Below are positions 25,196-32,000 of a stretch of 32,000 nucleotides of DNA, piece by piece (position 1 is the first letter of the stretch; the number at the start of each line of letters is the position of its first letter). Both the position numbers and the translations under genes were made by a program. Below the pieces are notes generated by a model. That model saw nothing but the letters and a program-made list of their open reading frames with translations. It did no database searches and was not told the DNA's origin. Source of the DNA: Pseudoalteromonas tetraodonis (GTDB lineage Bacteria; Pseudomonadota; Gammaproteobacteria; Enterobacterales; Alteromonadaceae); the NCBI RefSeq assembly GCF_002310835.1, contig NZ_CP011041.1:1920001-1952000 (forward strand), written 5' to 3'.

Positions 25196-26008
25196 TTAAT
25201 CAGTGCGATTAAGTAACCTGACTAGCTGGGTGATCACCATTTCTGGCTCATCATTTTGTGGATAGTGGTAACTTTTACTGGTTAGCACTATCTCACCTTG
25301 AGGAAAAGCATTAGCCCAGTTTAAATGCAGTTCTCCCCACATTTCACGCCCTTTATCAGTAAAAAATAACACCGATGGATTTTCATATTTTTTAACTGAG
25401 GCAATAACCGTCACGGGAATATCTGCTATTTGTGGGTAATCGGGCAAAGGCCGCTTCGACCAAAAGTCTAAATACTGATTCGACATGCCGTTTTTCATAT
25501 CATCACGTTTTATAGCAGCAATTTCTTTTTCAGCGCGCGGTAAATCAATCTTACGCATAATATCAACATCATGCTCTGAGGCGGGTTCAATTAACATTAA
25601 CGCTTTAATGTTATCGGGGTAGCTTGCTGCAAATACCCTTGCGATATAAGCACCATAAGAATGCGCCACATAAACTACCGGCTCTTCAATTTTTAACGCT
25701 TTAAGTAATAGTAAAGCCTCAGTAGCATACTCCTCTGAGCTATAGTTTTTCTTTATTTGCGAAGAGCCGCCATTGCCAATTCGAGAATAGCGAATTACTT
25801 TTGCATGCTTGATAAGCGAGTTATAAATGGGATCCCAATCACTCAGCCCTGCAGAGCCCCCCGCCTCAAGTAAAACAGTGTGTTTACCACTACCCGCCAT
25901 TTCATATTCAATATCAAAGCCATTTACTTTAACTTTAGCAAGCTCAGCAAACACAGCGGTAGAGGTGATTAATACCCAAAATAGAGTCGTTTTTATTATT
26001 AGTTTCAT
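25196..26008 (-). CDS. Secreted alpha/beta-fold hydrolase
   Basis: Signal peptide MKLIIKTTLFWVLITSTAVFA, a nucleophile elbow AHSYGA (G/A-x-S-x-G), and an oxyanion-region HTVLLEAGG; 270 aa. Confidence 0.85.
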   Translation of the reverse strand: MKLIIKTTLFWVLITSTAVFAELAKVKVNGFDIEYEMAGSGKHTVLLEAGGSAGLSDWDPIYNSLIKHAKVIRYSRIGNGGSSQIKKNYSSEEYATEALLLLKALKIEEPVVYVAHSYGAYIARVFAASYPDNIKALMLIEPASEHDVDIMRKIDLPRAEKEIAAIKRDDMKNGMSNQYLDFWSKRPLPDYPQIADIPVTVIASVKKYENPSVLFFTDKGREMWGELHLNWANAFPQGEIVLTSKSYHYPQNDEPEMVITQLVRLLNRTD

Positions 26009-26257
26009 GTTGTTAAAGCTAATTAGTAGTTAGCTTAAGTTTATAACATTAAGCACTATGTTTATAAATAATTTCTCTATCACATACCCTTAAAAATAAA
26101 TAATCACGTCAATCACTCTTAAATCCTGTTTTGACTGATAGATTTCCCTATTCAAGCCTATAAACCTCTGTAACCCTATGCCATAATCTAAATAATTCAT
26201 AAATTTAGTAACTTGGCGGTATATAAACCGTTTCAAGCTAACTTATAGGGTTTTTTA

Positions 26258-27703
26258 ATGGCTTATCAAGAGCAAAACCAAGCAACAATCTACTGGCACG
26301 ACTATGAAACGTGGGGGGCAAGCCCACAAAAAGATAAGCCGAGCCAATTTGCAGGTGTACGCACCGATCTTGATTTAAATATTATTGGCGAGCCGCTTAT
26401 TGAGTACTGTAAGCCGCAAGCGGATTATTTACCGCATCCTGAGGCGTGTTTAATCACCGGTATTACCCCGCAAGTGGCGATGCAAAAAGGCTTAGTTGAG
26501 GCTGAGTTTATTGCTAAAATTCATGCCGAATTTAGCGTGCCCAATACCTGTGTAGCTGGTTATAACAGTATTCGCTTTGATGATGAAGTAAGCCGATATA
26601 GCTTTTATCGTAACTTTTACGACCCATATGAGCGTGAATATAAAAACAATAACAGTCGTTGGGATATTATAGATTTAGTGCGTGCCTGCTATGCACTTCG
26701 CCCTGAGGGCATTGAGTGGCCATTAAAAGAAGATGGCAGCCCAAGTTTTAAACTTGAGCATTTAACTGTAGCTAATGGTATTGAACATGCCGCTGCGCAC
26801 GATGCATTAAGTGATGTAACGGCTACCATTGCACTGGCTAAATTAATAAAAGAAAAGCAGCCTAAGCTGTATCACTTCTTTTTTAGTTTGCGCAATAAAA
26901 AAGCCCTTGCTGAATTGGTGGACGTGTTTAACATGACCCCATTAGTGCATACATCGTCGCGTATTCCAGCAACCCAGGGTTGTACCACGTGGGTGGCACC
27001 TATGAGCTTTCATCCTCTTAATAAAAACGCAGTTATTTGTTTTGATTTAACCCAAAACCCACAGGTATTACTTGATTTAAATGTAGAAGAGCTACGCAAG
27101 CGTTTATACACCAAACGTATAGATTTAGCAGAGGGTGATTTACCCGTAGGTTTAAAGCTGGTGCATTTAAACAAGTGCCCTATTTTAGCACCAGCTAAAA
27201 CACTGCTGCCTGAAAACGCTGCTCGCTTGGGTATTGACCGAGAGCAATGCTTGACTAATTTAGCCATTTTAAAAGCCAATACCGAGCTTCGCGATAAAGT
27301 CACTGAGGTATTTAATGAGCAAGGCGATTACAGCGCCACCACGAACGTGGATTACTTATTATATGATGGGTTTACTAGCCATGCTGATAAAGCTAAATTT
27401 GCGATTATTCGTGATGCAAAACCTGAAGACTTGGCAAGTTTAAAGCTTGAATTTGAAGATCCTAAATTTAATACTTTGTTGTTTAGATACCGCGCGCGAA
27501 ACTGGCCACAAACGCTAAACCAACAAGAGCTTGATCAATGGCGTCAATATTGCCAAAGCAAGTTAATGCATGGCGAAGATCAGCCATCAATCAGCGCACA
27601 AGATTTTATGATCACCCTTGAAAACCTAGCGCATGAGCATGATGACAGCGAAAAAAATCTTACAATTTTAAAAGCGCTGTATAACTACGCGCAAAGCATG
27701 TAA
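26258..27703 (+). CDS. sbcB: Exodeoxyribonuclease I
   Basis: Collinear with E. coli SbcB as I remember it: WHDYETWG, QFAGVRTD, GYNSIRFDDEVSRYSFYRNFYDPY, NSRWDIIDLVRACYALRPEGIEWP, NGIEHAAAHDALSDV, LFRYRARNWP. Confidence 0.95.
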   Translation: MAYQEQNQATIYWHDYETWGASPQKDKPSQFAGVRTDLDLNIIGEPLIEYCKPQADYLPHPEACLITGITPQVAMQKGLVEAEFIAKIHAEFSVPNTCVAGYNSIRFDDEVSRYSFYRNFYDPYEREYKNNNSRWDIIDLVRACYALRPEGIEWPLKEDGSPSFKLEHLTVANGIEHAAAHDALSDVTATIALAKLIKEKQPKLYHFFFSLRNKKALAELVDVFNMTPLVHTSSRIPATQGCTTWVAPMSFHPLNKNAVICFDLTQNPQVLLDLNVEELRKRLYTKRIDLAEGDLPVGLKLVHLNKCPILAPAKTLLPENAARLGIDREQCLTNLAILKANTELRDKVTEVFNEQGDYSATTNVDYLLYDGFTSHADKAKFAIIRDAKPEDLASLKLEFEDPKFNTLLFRYRARNWPQTLNQQELDQWRQYCQSKLMHGEDQPSISAQDFMITLENLAHEHDDSEKNLTILKALYNYAQSM

Positions 27704-27728
27704 TTTGCTTTAGTGTATATAACCCATG

Positions 27729-27766
27729 AAAAACGCGACCCTTTAGCAAAAAGTGTCGCGTTTTTT
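27729..27766 (+). terminator. Rho-independent terminator of sbcB
   Basis: AAAAACGCGAC (27729-27739) pairs with GTCGCGTTTTT (27755-27765), T6 tail. Confidence 0.8.
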
Positions 27767-27798
27767 GTTACTAGGTAAAAAACCAAAAAACTATCTCA

Positions 27799-27891
27799 AC
27801 AAGAGAGGTAAATGAGAAAACATAAAACCAACATTTACTGTTTATGATTATCACTTCCTCTAAAAGCGCAGCGCCTCTTAGCCTCTTTGTG
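27799..27891 (+). repeat. Dispersed single copy of the 7.6-kb repeat family
   Basis: The purine block GAGAGGTAAATGAG (27803-27816) and the 41-nt core TCACTTCCTCTAAAAGCGCAGCGCCTCTTAGCCTCTTTGTG (27851-27891) align by eye with the units at 7572-7850, in the same orientation. Confidence 0.75.
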
Positions 27892-27915
27892 AACAGTTTA
27901 CTTTTACCAATTACA

Positions 27916-28797
27916 TTACTTTTTATGCAGTGCTTCAATACGCGCTAGTAAACTTGAGGTATCGTATCTGCCGCCGCCAAGAGCCTGTACATCGGCGTAG
28001 TATTGATCGACCGTTGCAGTCATTGGCAGCGTTGCACCATTATTTTTAGCTTCATCAAGGGCAATGCCTAAATCTTTACGCATCCAATCTACAGCAAAAC
28101 CAAACTCGTACTCACCTGCCCACATTGTTTTGTAGCGGTTTTCCATTTGCCACGAACCAGCTGCGCCTTTAGAAATGGTTTCTATTACTTTTTCGCCATC
28201 AAGCCCTGCTTGTTTAGCAAAATGTAAGCCCTCAGCTAAGCCTTGTACCACACCAGCAATACAAATTTGATTAACCATTTTACATAATTGTCCAGATCCA
28301 ACTTCCCCTAATAACTGGCTAAAACGGCTAAACGCCGCCATGATAGGTTGTGCTTTAGCAAATACCGTTTCGTTGCCACCGGCCATAACGGTTAATACCC
28401 CGTTTTCAGCACCTGCTTGACCGCCCGATACTGGCGCATCAATAAAGTCGATATGCTGTAAAGCCGCTTTTGCCGCAACTTCACGCGCTACCTCAGCAGA
28501 AGTAGTTGTGTGATCGATTAAAATCGTGTTTTTGTCCATACCAGCTAAAACGCCATCATCGCCGTATACCACTGACCGTAAGTCGTCGTCATTGCCAACA
28601 CACATAAATACCATATCGGCACCACTTGCAGCTTCACGCGGGGTAGGTGCAAAACTGCCGTTAAAATCTTCAACCCATTTTTGTGCTTTAGCTGCTGTGC
28701 GGTTATAAACACATACGCTGTGCCCCGCTTTTGCTAGATGCCCTGCCATTGGGTAACCCATTACGCCTAAACCTATAAATGCAATTTTTACTGACAT
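27916..28797 (-). CDS. NAD(P)-dependent beta-hydroxyacid dehydrogenase (3-hydroxyisobutyrate dehydrogenase family)
   Basis: N-terminal Rossmann IAFIGLGVMGYPMAGHL and downstream family blocks DAPVSGG and GSGQLCKMVNQ; 293 aa. Confidence 0.9.
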   Translation of the reverse strand: MSVKIAFIGLGVMGYPMAGHLAKAGHSVCVYNRTAAKAQKWVEDFNGSFAPTPREAASGADMVFMCVGNDDDLRSVVYGDDGVLAGMDKNTILIDHTTTSAEVAREVAAKAALQHIDFIDAPVSGGQAGAENGVLTVMAGGNETVFAKAQPIMAAFSRFSQLLGEVGSGQLCKMVNQICIAGVVQGLAEGLHFAKQAGLDGEKVIETISKGAAGSWQMENRYKTMWAGEYEFGFAVDWMRKDLGIALDEAKNNGATLPMTATVDQYYADVQALGGGRYDTSSLLARIEALHKK

Positions 28798-28917
28798 AAA
28801 AATGACCTATTTAACTGATAACTTAGAAACATAAGCTCGATTATGTCAATCGGCCGCTAAAAAAGCGAATGAAAGTCTTTTAAAATTTCCCTCATACGGA
28901 AATTAGGTAGGTAATCT

Positions 28918-29460
28918 ATGGATAGTATTTATCAATTTAACGCACCACTTTGTAATAACGATGATTTTTCTTTGAGTCAGCTAAAAGGAAAAACGGTTCT
29001 TATTGTTAATACCGCCAGTAAATGTCATTTTTCTGCGCAATTATGCGCGCTAGAAAAGCTATATCAACAATACAAAAACGATGGGTTTACTATTTTAGCC
29101 TTTCCGTGTAATCAATTTGATAAAAATGAGCCATTAGAGGGAATGGCCATTAAAGACTATTATCAAAAACATTTTTCAATTAATTTTGAGGTGTTTAATA
29201 AGGTCATGGTAAATGGCCCAGATACGCATCCACTGTTTAGTTATTTAAAGTCTCATACACGAGGTATTGCACAAAACCGAGCAATAAAATGGAACTTCAC
29301 TAAGTTTTTAGTTAATGCACAAGGGCAGCTGGTTGCTCGCTATGCACCGCGAACTAAACCGGAGTCATTACATAATGTAATAACAAGCTGCTTAGAATCA
29401 GTGCCCGTTATAAAACCGACGACCGCTCGTTTAGGAGTCCGTTCGGCTGCATTAAAATAA
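28918..29460 (+). CDS. Glutathione peroxidase family protein (Cys-type, divergent active-site environment)
   Basis: NTASKC (peroxidatic Cys36), FPCNQF, WNFTKFL. The C-terminus extends about 20 aa beyond typical BtuE-like proteins. Confidence 0.85.
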   Translation: MDSIYQFNAPLCNNDDFSLSQLKGKTVLIVNTASKCHFSAQLCALEKLYQQYKNDGFTILAFPCNQFDKNEPLEGMAIKDYYQKHFSINFEVFNKVMVNGPDTHPLFSYLKSHTRGIAQNRAIKWNFTKFLVNAQGQLVARYAPRTKPESLHNVITSCLESVPVIKPTTARLGVRSAALK

Positions 29461-29548
29461 TCCTGTCGTAATTAAAACAACAAGAGTGAAGCATCTATAG
29501 TAAGAATAGTTTATGGTAATAAAATAATTGATTACTTGGAGCTAGTTA

Positions 29549-30529
29549 ATGGATATTGCTTTTTTTAGTGCTCAGAAATATGAGCGCCCTTTTTTTGAGC
29601 AAAGTTTAAATGGCTTTTCTAACATCACTATTACTTACTTTGAGCAAAGTTTATCGGCGCAGACGGCAATATTAGCTAAAAACTTTAACGCTGTGTGCGT
29701 ATTTGTAAACGATACAGTAGATAAAGCAGTGATTGAGCAACTTGCCACATTGGGTGTTAGCGCTATTTTATTACGCTGTGCGGGGTTTAATAACGTTGAC
29801 TTGCCTGTTGCCAAACAGCATAACCTCAGCGTATTACGCGTACCCGCTTACAGCCCTGAGGCAGTAGCTGAACATTGTGTTGCCCTTATGCTCACCCTCA
29901 GCCGTAAAACACACAAAGCTTATAACCGCGTGCGCGAAGACAACTTTGATTTAAATGGCTTACTCGGGTTTAACTTACATAACAAGACCATAGGGATTAT
30001 AGGCTGCGGAAAAATAGGCTTGGCACTGTGTAACATTTTAAATGGTTTTGGCGCTAACGTTTTAGTGTGCGACCCTTTTGCAAAACCAGGCAATTACACT
30101 ATTACCGATTTAAATACCCTACTTGCCCAAAGCGATATAATTTCACTGCACTGCCCGCTGAGCGAAGATACGCATCATTTAATCGATGACGCTGCATTTA
30201 ATAAAATGAAAACCGGCGTCATGCTCATTAATACTTCTCGCGGTGCGCTGGTAAACAGCCAAGCGTGTATTAAAGCACTTAAATCACAAAAACTGGGGTA
30301 CTTAGGGCTTGATGTGTACGAACAAGAATCAGAACTGTTTTTTAAAAACCACAGTGACGAAATAAATCAAGACGATATATTCTCTCGTTTAGTGAGTTTT
30401 AGAAACGTGTTAATAACAGGGCATCAAGGCTTTTTTACTCAAGAAGCTCTAACCGAAATCGCTAATATAACATTACAAAATGCATTTGAGGTTACTCAAG
30501 GAAATAGCTTAACAAACGAAGTGCTATAG
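29549..30529 (+). CDS. ldhA: D-lactate dehydrogenase / D-isomer-specific 2-hydroxyacid dehydrogenase
   Basis: Collinear with E. coli LdhA as I remember it: LRCAGFNNVDL, VPAYSPEAVAEH, GIIGCGKIG, ISLHCPL, NTSRGALV, GLDVYEQE, ITGHQGFFT. Confidence 0.9.
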   Translation: MDIAFFSAQKYERPFFEQSLNGFSNITITYFEQSLSAQTAILAKNFNAVCVFVNDTVDKAVIEQLATLGVSAILLRCAGFNNVDLPVAKQHNLSVLRVPAYSPEAVAEHCVALMLTLSRKTHKAYNRVREDNFDLNGLLGFNLHNKTIGIIGCGKIGLALCNILNGFGANVLVCDPFAKPGNYTITDLNTLLAQSDIISLHCPLSEDTHHLIDDAAFNKMKTGVMLINTSRGALVNSQACIKALKSQKLGYLGLDVYEQESELFFKNHSDEINQDDIFSRLVSFRNVLITGHQGFFTQEALTEIANITLQNAFEVTQGNSLTNEVL

Positions 30530-30547
30530 CGCGGCTAAACAAAAAGC

Positions 30548-30582
30548 AAAAAAGCGAACAAAATATAGTGTTCGCTTTTTTG
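30548..30582. terminator. Bidirectional rho-independent terminator
   Basis: AAAGCGAACA (30551-30560) pairs with TGTTCGCTTT (30569-30578), flanked by A and T runs. Confidence 0.8.
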
Positions 30583-30613
30583 TTATCAATAACACATGAG
30601 TTATTAACGCGTT

Positions 30614-31936
30614 CTAGCCAAACGCAACGTTTGCAAATACTAAGGTCATTAGCACTGGGCAGACAAAACGAATGTACTGAGCAAACCAATAATGTGCACC
30701 AGAACTTGCTTGATGAAGCTTATTACCACGTTGCCATAGCCAGCCTACCGTTATAAAGTAAAACAGCCCCATTAACGGCAATTGGTATTGAGTAAATACC
30801 ATAATCACTAAACCAAATAACCAATCAAAGTTTAAAATAATGGTACTGGCACAAACAAATACAATTGCACTGACTGCCCATGTTGCTTTGGTTCTATCTA
30901 CACTGTGGTTTTCAACCAAAAATGCCACAGGGATCTCAGTTGATGAAATAGTTGAGGTAACTGAAGCTATCGACATCAATACAAAAAATAATAAGCCAAC
31001 CAATAAACCAATTTCACCCATAGTGCCAAATAGCTCAGGTAATATGGCAAAAATAAGTTGTCCCTCACCAATTAATTTACCGTTATTAAATACTTCAACG
31101 CCATTGTACTGGGCAACATAAATAGCCGGAATTATTAATAAGCCCGCCAAAAACGCCACGCTGGTATCAAGTAGCGCAACACTTGCGGTTAATTTTGGTA
31201 AGTTAGCTCCGGGTTTTAAATATGAGCCGTAAATCATCATACAGCCTACCCCAAGCGACAACGAAAAGAACGCTTGCCCCATTGCGGCAATAATTAAATC
31301 AGGGTCGAGTATTTTACTAAAGTCAGGCACTAAATAAGCAGCAAACCCTTCGCTTGCGCCATCTAACGTTGCAATATAAATAATAAGCCCAATAAGGAGA
31401 ACAAGTAAAAGCGGCATTAAACGGCGTGACCAGGTTTCTATTCCCGACTTCACCCCTTTTAAAATAATACTGGCGGTTAAAATAAGCATAAGCGGCGTAA
31501 AAATAAAATTACGTAACATAGAGTCGCTATGTAAAAACTCACTCAAGCTATGCAAGCCAAAAAAGCTACTTATAGGCTCTATAGCGTAGGAAAGCATCCA
31601 ACCGGCCACAATAGAGTAAAAACTTAACATAACGATGGCACCGGCAAGGCCAATATAGCCTGCTGCGGCTCCCACTTTAGGGGCGTGATCTTGCCATGCT
31701 TGGCTTAGCGCTTTAACAGGGTTAGCTTGGGCTTTGTAACCTAAATACAGCTCGGTGTATAAAGCAGGTAACGCCAGCAAAAAAATAACGATAAAGTAAA
31801 CCAGTAAAAATGCGCCGCCACCATGATTAGCAGCCTGCGTAGGAAAACCCCATATATTACCTAAACCTACGGCTGCACCGGCTGCTGCCAATACAAAACC
31901 TAGTCGACTTTGAAAACCATCACGCACTTGTGCCAT
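30614..31936 (-). CDS. Sodium-dependent transporter, neurotransmitter:sodium symporter (SNF/NSS) family
   Basis: N-terminus FQSRLGFVLAAAGAAVGLGNIWGFP...GGGAFLLVY is the NSS signature; about 11-12 transmembrane segments; 440 aa. Confidence 0.9.
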   Translation of the reverse strand: MAQVRDGFQSRLGFVLAAAGAAVGLGNIWGFPTQAANHGGGAFLLVYFIVIFLLALPALYTELYLGYKAQANPVKALSQAWQDHAPKVGAAAGYIGLAGAIVMLSFYSIVAGWMLSYAIEPISSFFGLHSLSEFLHSDSMLRNFIFTPLMLILTASIILKGVKSGIETWSRRLMPLLLVLLIGLIIYIATLDGASEGFAAYLVPDFSKILDPDLIIAAMGQAFFSLSLGVGCMMIYGSYLKPGANLPKLTASVALLDTSVAFLAGLLIIPAIYVAQYNGVEVFNNGKLIGEGQLIFAILPELFGTMGEIGLLVGLLFFVLMSIASVTSTISSTEIPVAFLVENHSVDRTKATWAVSAIVFVCASTIILNFDWLFGLVIMVFTQYQLPLMGLFYFITVGWLWQRGNKLHQASSGAHYWFAQYIRFVCPVLMTLVFANVAFG

Positions 31937-32000
31937 ACACCTACAAATCTGTTATTATTTTAACGAATGCGAATTAAACCATATTTAAGAGCCACTGAGT

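Noticed and set aside
167-31121. Overlapping or antisense ORFs in the supplied track: 167-421, 789-995, 3329-3535, 4082-4348, 5007-5204, 5794-6009, 6139-6456, 9848-10072, 10950-11339, 12274-12462, 12426-12722, 14427-14699, 14615-14902, 15565-15762, 15810-16058, 16786-17037, 16902-17120, 18948-19223, 20809-21036, 21688-22005, 22473-22733, 24674-24895, 25827-26033, 27010-27303, 28526-28708, 30492-30689, 30568-30756, 30840-31121.
   Set aside because: Each is embedded in, or largely overlaps, a longer ORF with clear family motifs, either on the opposite strand or in another frame of the same strand. Their translations are low-complexity or Cys/Ser/Leu-rich shadow sequence with no RBS. I treat them as non-coding.
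1-32000. A search for a mobile element, genomic island, prophage, integron, toxin-antitoxin pair or known defence system anywhere in the window.
   Set aside because: I found no integrase, transposase or recombinase, no tRNA/tmRNA attachment site, no long flanking direct or inverted repeats, no phage structural genes, and no obvious compositional break by eye. The gene content is metabolic, transport, regulatory and DNA-repair housekeeping.

Overview
This window reads as ordinary chromosomal DNA from an AT-rich marine gammaproteobacterium. Pseudoalteromonas or another Alteromonadales member is my guess, based on gene content and on E. coli-like orthologues (helD, sbcB, ldhA, yqjG); I cannot verify it. 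I support about 31 protein-coding genes. One of them, a branched-chain aminotransferase, runs off the left edge and is missing from the ORF track. I found no rRNA, tRNA, CRISPR array, transposase, integrase or phage genes, and no recognisable defence or mobile island.

Gene content, left to right:
- ilvE-like aminotransferase (partial)
- a desCB-like reductase plus membrane desaturase operon, with FabR/DesT-type palindromes upstream
- PQQ sugar dehydrogenase
- several small or membrane proteins, an SDR and a DUF962 protein
- a CbbR-like LysR regulator divergent from an SbtA-like bicarbonate permease
- an MFS transporter
- helD
- an MCP whose sensor domain is internally duplicated
- a YhaJ-like LysR regulator divergent from DoxX, YqjG and pirin (a quinone/hydroquinone stress module)
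- a secreted TPR-like protein, an HDOD protein and a coiled-coil porin
- a membrane SPFH protein translationally coupled to a small transmembrane protein
- a secreted alpha/beta hydrolase, sbcB, a beta-hydroxyacid dehydrogenase, a glutathione peroxidase variant, ldhA and an NSS-family transporter

Most convergent gene junctions carry one clear hairpin terminator. The main structure not explained by genes is a non-coding repeat family of about 119 bp. It occurs as three tandem copies at 7.56-7.89 kb and one dispersed copy at 27.80-27.89 kb, both in convergent junctions.

I do not see convincing evidence of a new multi-gene system. The candidates worth follow-up are the repeat family, the predicted operator sites, the CbbR/SbtA pair and the SPFH pair. 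All similarity statements rest on reading the translations and on remembered family motifs, not on database searches.
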